64,000 bases of DNA from Octopus bimaculoides (taxonomy: Eukaryota), in contig NC_068986.1 of NCBI RefSeq assembly GCF_001194135.2, positions 15,976,812-16,040,811 on the forward strand, given 5' to 3'. The position numbers and the translations under genes are program-made. Positions 25,331 through 37,533 of this stretch are shown here, in pieces; position 1 is the first letter of the stretch; each line of letters starts with the position of its first letter. A model generated the notes under the pieces. It saw only the letters and a program-made list of their open reading frames with translations. It did not search any database and was not told the origin of the DNA.

Positions 25331-25510
25331 TCGTAAAATACCTTAGGAATGAGAACCCAGGTTCGAAATTGCCCCAGAGACCTGATGAAGGCTGGAGGAT
25401 ATATCAGCCGAAACGCTGCGTTAACAATAAACAAGATGAGGACAAATATCCTTAAAATGTAAATGATGTAAATAATGTACATAATTCCTCATCTCTTAAA
25501 TATAGAATTG
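25330..25510 (+). mobile_element. Penelope-like terminal repeat fragment (family P2) with canonical hammerhead core
   Basis: CUGAUGA-A-GGCUG(gaggauauau)CAGCC-GAAAC at 25382-25414. The cleavage triplet reads GCU and stem I is broken, so it is probably inactive. Confidence 0.6.
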
Positions 25511-25845
25511 AAATTTTTTGTATGCCTCAATCTGAAGCAATTAACTGTTAGAAATATACCAAAATATATAAATTGCAAATATATAAAATTCATTGAAATT
25601 TCAAATCATTACGTGTTTCAGTTGATTTCCAAAGTTGAATTAGTTTCTCTGTAGTTTTCTTAACATCATGTACAGATCAGTTAGTGCATTCACACGCTGT
25701 TTGAGCGCCGTACAATCCATTTTGTTGAGCATCGAAGTGATGTTGGCGGTGTGTAAATCAGCGTGTGTAGTTTAACATGGCGTTAGCTAAACCTTTTTGC
25801 TAGCTAAATTATTTGCTAAGTTCTTTTTCTATTAAGGTACAGTTG

Positions 25846-26048
25846 TAGGTGGCGATTTAGCGGAATCATTATCACGCCGGGCAAAATGCTTAGCGGCATT
25901 TCGTCCGTCCTTACGTTCTCGGTTCAAATTCCACCGACATTGACACTCCTTTTCGGGGTCGATAAAATAAATACCAGCAAAGTATCGATGTTAGTGACTC
26001 ACCTGTCTCCCGAAACTGCCGGCCTTGTACCATAATTTGAAGCCAATA
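25846..26048 (+). mobile_element. SINE family A, near full-length
   Basis: TCACGCCGGGCAAAATGCTTAGCGGCATTTCGTCCG...GGGGTCGATAAAATAAATACCAG...GGCCTTGTACC. Confidence 0.88.
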
Positions 26049-26391
26049 CTTGAGTACAACGGAAATAAAAGTAAAATTTTTCCCGTTAAATAAAGTACGG
26101 CGTAGGTAGTCAATACAGGGATAACTTAGATTACCCACTTCGTGTCTATAACGGATTGCACTTGCATTGGGTTTAACATGTACTAGAGTTGGTTACATTC
26201 GTTAATATTTAAGTATGCATTCTTTAAAGATTATGCCGCTTGAAATGTAAAACTAATTAAATATAGGAGTCTAAATATAGTAACAAATAATATTATGAAT
26301 AGTGATTTTATCCGATTGTATATCTGAAATAATTTGTTCTCATTATGTTAAACTAATTTCTAAATTACGTAAGATAAGTCTTATACGGATA

Positions 26392-27125
26392 TACGTGAGG
26401 TTTACATTCGAGTTAAAGCGAGCTTTAGTGAGTTTTATATCTTTCACAGACTTGGGACAAACATTTGCAGTGTCTTTGAACGTTGGAATTTGGCAATTAT
26501 CTAATCACGTGGAGGTACCTATATCACCGATACACAAAGCCGAATGGAATTTCATGCCTATTGATGTGAATTATAGCTATTTGGTCAGCTAAAAGCAGTT
26601 TTCTCAGAAACTTGGTAGACACGCGTCTCATACTCAAATCTTCGATGATAATGGACTGAACTGAACCATAACTAATCTGCACATCCTCTGACAACTCACG
26701 GATGGTGATTCGAAGATTTCTCTTTACAAACGGAGGCACATCTGCGAAATTTGTTCTCAGTTCAGCTGGTTGCGGGTCTCCTAGAACGTTTGTCAATATC
26801 GACCTATGTTCGGCCATTTTGGAAACGTGTGAACCATACGTACACATGCGTGCGGCTCATACACCCCTTTCCATACACTTTCTACAACTTTGCGTAGGCT
26901 TCTGAGCAGGTATCGCCATGACAACTTACTCTGTCATGGTCAATGCGATGATCACACGCTATAGTCCTTCCTTTCAAGCACTGCTGTAAACAGCAGAAGT
27001 GAGCTAAAACATTGATACTTAGTGCGCATGCGCTTAATGTCAATCTGTGCCAAGCAGCTTTACTCTCCGTGCTTTAGCTTCGTTGCTATGACAACAGTCC
27101 TGATACTTATTCATCAAACCTCGTA
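26392..27125 (-). mobile_element. Internally deleted mariner transposon with remnant TIRs
   Basis: Minus-strand ORF 26524-26847 contains RITIRELSEDVQISYGSVQSIIIEDLSMRRVSTKFLRKLL (mariner HTH and VSAKFVPKLL-like motif). The right end reverse complement is TACGAGGTTTGATG and the left end TACGTGAGGTTTAC is a degenerate match. No DD34D domain. Confidence 0.8.
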
Positions 27126-27917
27126 CATGTATATATGTATATATACATATATAAAATTATATATAATATATATAAATATATCATTATACATATATATATA
27201 TCTTATATAAATACGCAAACATATACATATGCACTTAATTGCCTTACGTTCATAATTGTCATAAATCGACTTCATTATCATCATTAGTATCTCCATCAAC
27301 GTCTCCATTACGTGCGTTCTTCTGATCTTCATCGCCATTGTAATTTATTTGTTTCCTAAATCTTCTCATTTTCTGTTACTTCACGTGGCTGCTTCTCGTT
27401 TCTTTACATACGTCTTAAGCCGTATCTTTTATCCTCACCATCACTCTCTCCACCTTCAGCAATTCTTTGAACATTTCTTCTTCTCATTTTTCGCTCCACT
27501 CTCTCCTGCTATATCTTCCGCATATATGATTTTTCTCCTTGTCAAATATCGAAGACTAAATCATATCTGATTTCACACATTTCTCATTCGCCTTTCTTTT
27601 CTCTTTTCGTCATTTTGGTTTGCTTGATTTTTTTTTTAAAAATTTCTTCCTTTTGTCTTTTATGTTCTTGGATTTTTGCTCGTCTTTCTTACCTTTATTA
27701 TCTGTTATGTTGGGACATTTATTACTGTTAGCACTATTTCCCTATTTCGATTCTCCNNNNNNNNNNNNNNNNNNNNNNNNNNNNNNNNNNNNNNNNNNNN
27801 NNNNNNNNNNNNNNNNNNNNNNNNNNNNNNNNNNNNNNNNNNNNNNNNNNNNNNNNNNNNNNNNNNNNNNNNNNNNNNNNNNNNNNNNNNNNNNNNNNNN
27901 NNNNNNNNNNNNNNNNN

Positions 27918-28060
27918 TATCATTATCACTATTATAATCATTAATATCATCAGCATTTTTCTTCTTTTTATCATTATTATTATTATCATTATTAACATTA
28001 TTATTATTTACCGTCATCACCACCACCACCACCACAACCACCACAACCACTACCACCACC

Positions 28061-28134
<74 letters not shown>

Positions 28135-28166
28135 TATCATCATCGTCATCATCGTCATCATCAATA
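27918..28166. repeat. Compound triplet array (ATC/ATT)(CAC)n(CAT)n(CGT)n
   Basis: Directly visible; explains the poly-His/Arg ORF. Confidence 0.95.
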
Positions 28167-28807
28167 GCGATATAAACTTAAATGCACTAGGATGACATTC
28201 GATTTTCTGATTTCATTTACATGAATATTGTGAGTATTAGAAACAAGAACAACAGCAACAACAACAACAATAAGTGCAACACCTCTAACAGCAGCAGCAG
28301 CATAGATGGCACTACCATCGTTGCATTTCCTAATTACCATTATCTACTCATGCTATTGTCTAAAATTGCCTGAAGCTTCTTCTAAAAGATACCGCAATGA
28401 CCACGCCTTAAAACTCGTTTTGTAGATGTTGTTTGTATGAATTCCCTCTCCCTATTCAAAATATTTATTGTTAAGAAGGGTAAAAGGAAAAAAAAATGAA
28501 GGAAAAAAAATTATCATATTTCCATCAAAACGTATATTTACCAATATCTAGCAGAAATACATGTCAACTTATTCTGCTAAAACTAATTCTAAAGTATTAG
28601 TACAAAAAAAAAAAAAAGGAAAAAAGAAAAAAAGTACGAAACACAGCATGTTAAAAAGAAGTATGAAATATGAAAGATGACATTAGCAACACTTCCGGGG
28701 AGATAAATCCTTGTATTATAAAGCTATAATTATAATCCACTTGACACACATAATGCGAGTGTTGAAAAGAAGCTACATATATGAATATATATATATATTC
28801 TCCGATT

Positions 28808-28855
<48 letters not shown>

Positions 28856-29260
28856 NNNNNNNNNNNNNNNNNNNNNNNNNNNNNNNNNNNNNNNNNNNNN
28901 NNNNNNNNNNNNNNNNNNNNNNNNNNNNNNNNNNNNNNNNNNNNNNNNNNNNNNNNNNNNNNNNNNNNNNNNNNNNNNNNNNNNNNNNNNNNNNNNNNNN
29001 NNNNNNNNNNNNNNNNNNNNNNNNNNNNNNNNNNNNNNNNNNNNNNNNNNNNNNNNNNNNNNNNNNNNNNNNNNNNNNNNNNNNNNNNNNNNNNNNNNNN
29101 NNNNNNNNNNNNNNNNNNNNNNNNNNNNNNNNNNNNNNNNNNNNNNNNNNNNNNNNNNNNNNNNNNNNNNNNNNNNNNNNNNNNNNNNNNNNNNNNNNNN
29201 NNNNNNNNNNNNNNNNNNNNNNNNNNNNNNNNNNNNNNNNNNNNNNNNNNNNNNNNNNNN

Positions 29261-29292
<32 letters not shown>

Positions 29293-29921
29293 GTGCATAT
29301 ATATGTGGGAGTAAATGAGTGCAAGTGTGTATGCGTGTGCGTGTGTGTGTATTTAATTTCACTTAGCCACATAGATAATAATAACTCATTCTTAGAACAC
29401 AATATACATGTGACTTAAATTAAAGAGTCTGGTAAGTACAGAGCACAATAGGGATTATTGAAGGTCGAGTGAGCAAGAATTAGATTATCTGCTTCATTGT
29501 AAAATAGTTATTTTTGCTATAACAAGCAATGCACACACACGTGAATGCTTGTGCATCTATTATAGCTTCATCGGAGCAATCCAATGAGGCACTTCCCGTT
29601 CAATTGTCATTTAGTTAATACGTATATGCCCAAGATTTTAATGTTTATTTGTGCGTTTCATACAAGTGTATATATATATATATATATATAAGCCTGCTGG
29701 CTTCGGCTGCTCTGCATTGCCAGGGGGCAACACCCTGAAACTAGTCTAGTCTGCAGATGCCAAGCCAGCAAGGGGAAGCTGCTGACCTCCCCTGTTCGAA
29801 GGTTATAAAGGACACAGATTCGTGTGTCACATAGCTAGCTAGAGGCGATGTCCTCTTGGAGCTAATCCATGGCAGCATTCGTCCTATATTTGGGACTGCC
29901 ATGTTGGCTTGGCGATAATTA

Positions 29922-29960
<39 letters not shown>

Positions 29961-29994
29961 GCAGCCAATTAATTTAGGATTTAAAATGCATCGT

Positions 29995-30165
29995 GTAACA
30001 CTCGTGTTTACTCCCCGTAGCTAGCGGTTCGGCAGAATACATCGGTAGAATAAGCACCGGGCTTAAGAACATAGGTACAGGCGTCGTTTCCTTCGACTAA
30101 GATTCTTCATCGCGGTGCTCCAGCATGATTACAGCCTAATCAATGACACGTGAAAAATACAAGAT
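29995..30165 (+). mobile_element. SINE family C, degenerate
   Basis: TAGCGGTTCGGCAGAA...GGTAGAATAAGCAC...TTCGACTA...GCGGTGCTCCAGCATG, matching 61870-62045 and 2185-2290. Confidence 0.65.
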
Positions 30166-30487
30166 ATATGCGTATTAATTTAGATTCATATTTATAGTTA
30201 TAGTATATATTTATACCAGAGTGAATATACATATATAGTTAAGGCTACGGTTTTAATTAAATCTCTCCAGAGTTGTCTTCTTAAGTATTTCCCATTGATA
30301 ACGTCTAAAGAGCTAGAAACGCATCTGTGAATCCGACAGGGGCAGCACTGGACAAATAGTGTCTCAATACCTTTTACCATTACTGAGAAGTTTTTTTTTC
30401 CGTTTTTTTTTTTTTTTGCACGGTAACTACAGTGAATTTGCCCTTAGAAGTTGAAACATGCCATAAAATAAACATATTCTGACTAAC

Positions 30488-30519
30488 AATATATATATAT
30501 ATATATCCGTGTGTGTGTG

Positions 30520-30585
<66 letters not shown>

Positions 30586-30600
30586 TATGCATATGTATAC
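30488..30600. repeat. (TA)n/(GT)n microsatellite
   Basis: Directly visible. Confidence 0.95.
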
Positions 30601-31121
30601 GCAGATACATATATGCATACATTCAGTGTGCATATATATTTGTACTGTTTTACGCTAGTTTCTCTATACAATAATTCTCTTCATTAATAGACATTTCAAT
30701 GAACAATTTTTCATCGGTTTCCTTCAAGTGTATCAAACATTTGTTTGGTTTCTGTTGTTGATTATTTGAAGTCCTCATTTCATTGCAAACACATGCAACG
30801 CTGATGAAATTTTACGAATGTTTTTGATAAAGAACTTGGAGTATAAGTGAATTAGCCACAACTGATTCCTTATATAATGTTTCTATAGCAAATGTCTCTT
30901 CTTCAAAAATCTATGAAGGAATTCCTCAGATACTTTAAATGTTTTACTGTGCAATGTCCTATTTATTAGGAGCCTATAGATATTATTACAGGACAGCATA
31001 TATTACTGGAAACCAGCGCCATAATACATTTCATTGCTTTCTATCAGCGTTTAAAATATGTTAGAATATGATGTTAACGTAAACAGTGAGTATTGGCAAT
31101 ATCATAATATATTACTTTTCT

Positions 31122-31422
31122 TGGGCGGCGAGCTGGCAGTATCGGTAGCACGCCGGGCGAAATGCTTAATGGTATTTTGTCAATCGCAACATTCTGAGTT
31201 CGAATTCCGGTAAGGTCGACTTTGCCTTTCGTCTTTCGTGATCAAAAAATTAAATAAAAGTTACGCACTGGGGTCAATCTAAACGACTGGTCCCCTCCCC
31301 CAAAATTTCTGGCCTGGTGCTTAGACTTGAAAAGAATAAATTTCTTGGGCGGCGACCTGGCAGAATCGTTAACACGTCAGGCGAAATGCTTAACGTCTAC
31401 CGTTACGTTCTGAGTTCAAATT
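31122..31422 (+). mobile_element. SINE family A: full copy (31122-31335) plus a second 5' fragment (31345-31422)
   Basis: GGGCGGCGAGCTGGCAG...GCACGCCGGGCGAAATGCTTA, repeated as GGGCGGCGACCTGGCAGAATCGTTAACACG. Both are preceded by TTTCTTGGG. Confidence 0.88.
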
Positions 31423-31654
31423 GCACTAATTAGAAAACAGTGTTACTCGCGAAGAAGGATTACTCAATACATTTTATAGAGTATATATTCATTATTCTTT
31501 AATCTTTAACATAAATAGTGTTCACAGTCACCTCTAGAATTTGGGCTGCTTTGTCTGAACCGAAACATTGAAGTCTCTTTAAGACATTTCTTAGAAAATC
31601 CTCGTACATATATAAGTGTGTAATTATGTATATATATACACACAGATACGTTGC

Positions 31655-32145
31655 TCTCAACTATGGCCACCCCACAATATCAAATGAAGAGCAAACCTTG
31701 AGCCATTTCAGCGGTACTTCACCAGGGAGAATGTATCAATGAAACAGCTGAGCTACTGCGGGAGACTGAAAGAGGTACGAATCTACTCCATGGAGGAAAA
31801 ACGTGAGAGCTATGCAGTGATACACGTACCAAAGGTCCAAGAGGTATTGGCACCAAAGTGAGCTATTCCAGCCCGAGTAACAGCTTGTTACTGTTCCAAA
31901 TGTGCCAGACATCCCGTCTAGAGGGATGACCATGTACTGTAATAGCTGGGAATTCAAGTTCCCACAGTTATATAATACGTTCCCAAAGCATCTTGGGGAT
32001 CTTCGTGGAATAGGGGTCGATATTTTGAAGAAACAACCTGATCTCCTTTTATCCAAGTCTTAGATGAACCTATATTACAAACAGAAACACAAAAGAGGGC
32101 AGATGTTTCGAACACCCACTTTCATCATAAGCCCGTTGCATAAGG
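31655..32145 (+). pseudogene. CR1-group LINE ORF2 C-terminal (post-RT) relic
   Basis: From 31739: MKQLSYCGRLKEVRIYSMEEKRESYAVIH (cf. LSYWERLKxLxLYSLERRRERY). Then YCNSWEFKFPQLYNTFPKHLGDLRGIGVDILKKQPDLLL and, after a frameshift, DEP...RADVSN. Stops and frameshifts are present. Confidence 0.8.
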
Positions 32146-32256
32146 ATGGCCACTGAAGAAAGATGATTACACTGGGGGTGCTCCAGCGTGACCAAAACAT
32201 TTGGGCAGCAACATATAAATGAGAATAAAAGGAAATATATATATATATATATACAT

Positions 32257-32287
<31 letters not shown>

Positions 32288-32781
32288 NNNNNNNNNNNNN
32301 NNNNNNNNNNNNNNNNNNNNNNNNNNNNNNNNNNNNNNNNNNNNNNNNNNNNNNNNNNNNNNNNNNNNNNNNNNNNNNNNNNNNNNNNNNNNNNNNNNNN
32401 NNNNNNNNNNNNNNNNNNNNNNNNNNNNNNNNNNNNNNNNNNNNNNNNNNNNNNNNNNNNNNNNNNNNNNNNNNNNNNNNNNNNNNNNNNNNNNNNNNNN
32501 NNNNNNNNNNNNNNNNNNNNNNNNNNNNNNNNNNNNNNNNNNNNNNNNNNNNNNNNNNNNNNNNNNNNNNNNNNNNNNNNNNNNNNNNNNNNNNNNNNNN
32601 NNNNNNNNNNNNNNNNNNNNNNNNNNNNNNNNNNNNNNNNNNNNNNNNNNNNNNNNNNNNNNNNNNNNNNNNNNNNNNNNNNNNNNNNNNNTATATATAT
32701 ATAATATATGTGCGTATTTATATATATACATGTAAAGAGAGAGAGAGAGAGAGAGAGAGAGGGGGAGAGAATGAGATATAT

Positions 32782-32825
<44 letters not shown>

Positions 32826-33206
32826 CCGAAAGTTAAACAGAAAGATAGACTGAGATAGGGATGTACATACAATTGGTTATTTATGTTTCTTTGTATGATT
32901 GTGTGTATATATGTGTTGTAATGATATATTTCCAGTGAAATAATAGATTTAAAAATGAAAAAGCGATGCATATCATATCGTAATGTGCGTTGATGCTCAT
33001 TCTAAGAATACATCAAGAAACATATTATTACTGACATCCGCGAAAATATAATTATGGAATAGAAAATGGAATATGTAAGATTATTATCAACCTACGATGA
33101 AATACGTACCGAACAAAAGGTTTCTGTTACTCTACATATCTACGTATTTACATGAATCATTGAATACGATGATAAATATTTACATCGAAATTTATGAACG
33201 TAATAT

Positions 33207-33245
<39 letters not shown>

Positions 33246-33978
33246 NNNNNNNNNNNNNNNNNNNNNNNNNNNNNNNNNNNNNNNNNNNNNNNNNNNNNNN
33301 NNNNNNNNNNNNNNNNNNNNNNNNNNNNNNNNNNNNNNNNNNNNNNNNNNNNNNNNNNNNNNNNNNNNNNNNNNNNNNNNNNNNNNNNNNNNNNNNNNNN
33401 NNNNNNNNNNNNNNNNNNNNNNNNNNNNNNNNNNNNNNNNNNNNNNNNNNNNNNNNNNNNNNNNNNNNNNNNNNNNNNNNNNNNNNNNNNNNNNNNNNNN
33501 NNNNNNNNNNNNNNNNNNNNNNNNNNNNNNNNNNNNNNNNNNNNNNNNNNNNNNNNNNNNNNNNNNNNNNNNNNNNNNNNNNNNNNNNNNNNNNNNNNNN
33601 NNNNNNNNNNNNNNNNNNNNNNNNNNNNNNNNNNNNNNNNNNNNNNNNNNNNNNNNNNNNNNNNNNNNNNNNNNNNNNNNNNNNNNNNNNNNNNNNNNNN
33701 NNNNNNNNNNNNNNNNNNNNNNNNNNNNNNNNNNNNNNNNNNNNNNNNNNNNNNNNNNNNNNNNNNNNNNNNNNNNNNNNNNNNNNNNNNNNNNNNNNNN
33801 NNNNNNNNNNNNNNNNNNNNNNNNNNNNNNNNNNNNNNNNNNNNNNNNNNNNNNNNNNNNNNNNNNNNNNNNNNNNNNNNNNNNNNNNNNNNNNNNNNNN
33901 NNNNNNNNNNNNNNNNNNNNNNNNNNNNNNNNNNNNNNNNNNNNNNNNNNNNNNNNNNNNNNNNNNNNNNNATATATA

Positions 33979-34014
<36 letters not shown>

Positions 34015-34377
34015 TGTATGCATATTCATTTAAATGTATGTGTAAATATACGTTTATAAATATATATATAATTCTCTTCTGTACATATACCTTGAATTTG
34101 CTCCAGGTTTGTATCCTTCCAGCTGACCTATTTGTATTAAAAATACCCTCTTGATCTATTTGATGGCGGCCTCAAGTATCATTTCATCCTGTGTCACACC
34201 CGAAGAAACATCATTCTTTCTAACGTGATGCCCGATTTTAAAACCAGAATGCAGAGACAGAAATAAAATATCACAATGCATTGCCCTGGTGCTCTAACAT
34301 TCGGCAAATAGCTCCACATAATACTTATGCCTTATGTTATCCACACTGATTGTATGGAAAAACTAAACTAAACACAG

Positions 34378-35290
34378 TATTAGGCTGTCTCCCATGTAAT
34401 GCATGTTAAATGGGTTTCTTATGAATCATATATAAATAGATTTTTAATGAGTTCTTATATATATGCTTGTGTTTACTCTTAACTCATTTTCTTTCTATAC
34501 AATACTATTATTCAAAATTGCTACCCACAGCCCTTATGGCTATGTTGACAACTGGAGAATACCGAGTGAGTTTCTTGTACGAAAACAAGTTGGGTCATTC
34601 TGCCTCCGAAGCTCTACGAAGCCTTAAATGACGATTCTGTTGACGTTAGAACTGTTCAGAGATGGTTCCAAATATTTCGTTCAGGAAATGAAAGCCTGAA
34701 AAATGAATCAAGAGTGAGACCAAATTGAGTTATTCGACATGATGAATTGAACGCTTTGGTTAAACGAATTCCGAGAACAACGGTCCGAAAAATTGGATCA
34801 GAGTTCCAGACATCTTCCGCAACACTTTCTCGATACTTGAAGAAAATTGGAAAAGTCAAAAATATGGTTAGGTTTGTTCCCCATCAACTTAATGAGATTC
34901 AAAGAAACAGGTGTTTTCCATGTTGATATCTCAGTCGGAAAGAGAACCATTTTTTGTATCGACTCATTCCGTGTGAAGAGAATTGGATACACCTGATAAC
35001 AGCAGGAAGACAGGACAGTAGTTAGATGCAGGAGAATCACCAAGACACTACCCAAAACACTACCCATTGCCCCCTAAAAAGTTGATGATCACTGTATGGT
35101 GGTCAATAGAGGCATTATTTATTATTCATTTTTGCAATAAGGAAAAGCTATAATAGCAACATCCTATTGTCAAGAAATTGATTGTATGCATGAAAAATTG
35201 AAAAAGGGAAGCAACCTAGATCAGTGAATAGAAATTGCCCAATTTTGATTCGTGATAATGCACGGCCTAACACTTCAAAAGAGGAAAATG
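34378..35290 (+). mobile_element. Decayed mariner transposon (5' TIR plus fragmented transposase)
   Basis: Starts TA-TTAGGCTGTCTCCCATGTAATGC (mariner-type TIR). Translated blocks across frameshifts: FLYENKLGHSASEA, RTVQRWFQIFRSGNESL, PRTTVRKI, YLKKIGKVK, FVPHQLNE, KKLMITVWWS, PILIRDNARPN. The sequence is lost after the (TA)(GA) microsatellite at 35308. Confidence 0.88.
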
Positions 35291-35303
35291 GAAAGAGATA
35301 TGG

Positions 35304-35307
<4 letters not shown>

Positions 35308-35390
<83 letters not shown>

Positions 35391-35408
35391 GAGAGAGGGA
35401 GAGAGAGA
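35308..35408. repeat. (TA)n(GA)n microsatellite
   Basis: Directly visible. Confidence 0.97.
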
Positions 35409-36952
35409 TTACACAATCTGTAACATGTATAATAGGGAACTCGTCATACACAAGCAGTACTGGCTATAGTTTCAGTACAATGTCTGTAGAGATAACCATA
35501 ACAAAAGTATTAATTTTAATGACCACGCGTGCCAACATGTGCCATTATATTTGTAGTCAACTTCCATGAAGTCACTACTGTACGTGACTGAAATTCCTTC
35601 ATACTGTTTTCAATGAAGGGCGTATTCGAAAATCTCACCACTGTTTTCTCAGTTTCCAGAAGTTCAACAAAATTACTCATGTTCACCGACGTCCAACAGA
35701 CGTTCAGCAAAATTACTCATGTTCACATACACACGAAATATCCTCACACGTACAAACTCACACCAAGTTGTATGTGGATGTATATGCAACTTAACGTGTA
35801 ATCATTTAAGTGTTATTGCTGTCTCTCTTTGTTATTAACTGGTTACTTTGCTGAAGACTTCGTATTTGGATAAGCTTTCTGTTTTCCACAATTGCTGAAT
35901 AAGCTCAGAAAGATATATAAGTAATTCGGATTCTTAAACCTGAATACATAAATAATTATTTTCCACGGGGTGGGAGTGAGGGAAAGTTGGAGTGATGGAG
36001 AAATAGTATAAGAGAAATGAGAAGAGGAGAGAGAGGGGGAAATAAATAGAGAGAAAAGGAGGGAGAGAGAGGAAGAGAAAGAGGGAGGATGAGAGAGAGA
36101 AAGGGCGAGAGTGAGAGAGAGCTGCAGAATGAGATTCTTGCTCACAATTTAACCAATAATTTCATTAGTTGTTGTGTATCATGTATATTCGTTATTATAA
36201 AGTCAAATCCGCATGAGAATAAGCAGTTTGAACATAGAATGCTAACAAAGAATGAATACATAAACAACAACAAAAAACAGAAGAAAATATAAAACAATTA
36301 TTATAAATAATGGCAATAACACAAATAAGAAAAATAAATCAATAACTACATCGAAATAGAACTGAATAAGAAAACAAATACAAATACACGAAAGGAATTT
36401 TTGATGAAAACTTCCAAAAAGAACTAAAACAAAAGGAACAACGCATATATTATGGCGAAGTTTGGAGAATAGGTGCATTGGAGATTCTTCAATAGGATTT
36501 CAAAAGGTTCCTTATATTGGAGAAGCTAATCTTATATATTGTAAAACGTACTTTCACGGTGCTGTAAAATACATCCCCACTGAGAAAAGATAATCGGAAT
36601 TTAAACGCGTCTTGATTAAATAAAAACACAATGCTTGCTAAAACGAGAAAAATGAGAAGAAATTTTAAAAAATACAATTACATGAAATGCAAAACGAAAA
36701 AGTCACTTCAGATTTAATGCAATATCAGCGAGTTATGGTTTCTAAGATCGTTGTAGCGAACAATTTAATGCGTTTGACAATAAATGCTGAAGCGAATGGC
36801 AAACTCCAATAACTGGTCTAATGGCTTTCTGGTTAAACGTTAAGAATATACAGATATATTGTTGCACAGATTGAAATATAATCGCCTCTCTCTCCCCATT
36901 CTCTCTATATATGTGTATATATATGTGCGTGTGTGCGTGCATGTGTGTGCAT

Positions 36953-36996
<44 letters not shown>

Positions 36997-37315
36997 GGAT
37001 GTATATACATATGAATATGGATATATGTTATGTGCACACACATATTTACATAAGTGCACATATGCATACGTACACGTGTGCATCTGTATGTGTGTGTGTG
37101 TACGCGCGTGTGTGTGAGTATCTGGGCAAGTGTCTGTGTGTTTGTGTGTATGCGAATGTGCAGGAGAACGAGTAGGGTGCTGGAGAGAACGAGGGTAGAT
37201 ACGTAGATATGGATAATGGAAGATATATTAATATAGAAAGTAATGCCAACGATAAGACGCATGGAAATAAATCAAAGGATATACTCGAAAATAAATACGT
37301 ACATACATATACAAA

Positions 37316-37359
<44 letters not shown>

Positions 37360-37471
37360 CATATGGAGACTGAAAGATAGTTAGGTACCGCGATAGAGAA
37401 ACAGATAAATGTAGATATTCATAGATGGATTGGTGAGGGTTCATTTACGCGCACGGAATACACAGATACAT

Positions 37472-37533
<62 letters not shown>

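Noticed and set aside
27918-28166. His/Arg-rich peptide (HHHH…RRRR)
   Set aside because: A pure triplet microsatellite with stepwise motif change and no start or splice context.
32100-32135. Minus-strand UGAUGA…GAAACAUC hammerhead-like string
   Set aside because: C3 is missing and the stems fail; the plus strand is explained as CR1 ORF2 tail.
35664-35724. 19-bp direct repeat CAAAATTACTCATGTTCAC around a ~21-bp spacer (CRISPR-like or TSD-like)
   Set aside because: Only two repeats in a eukaryotic context; a simple slippage duplication.
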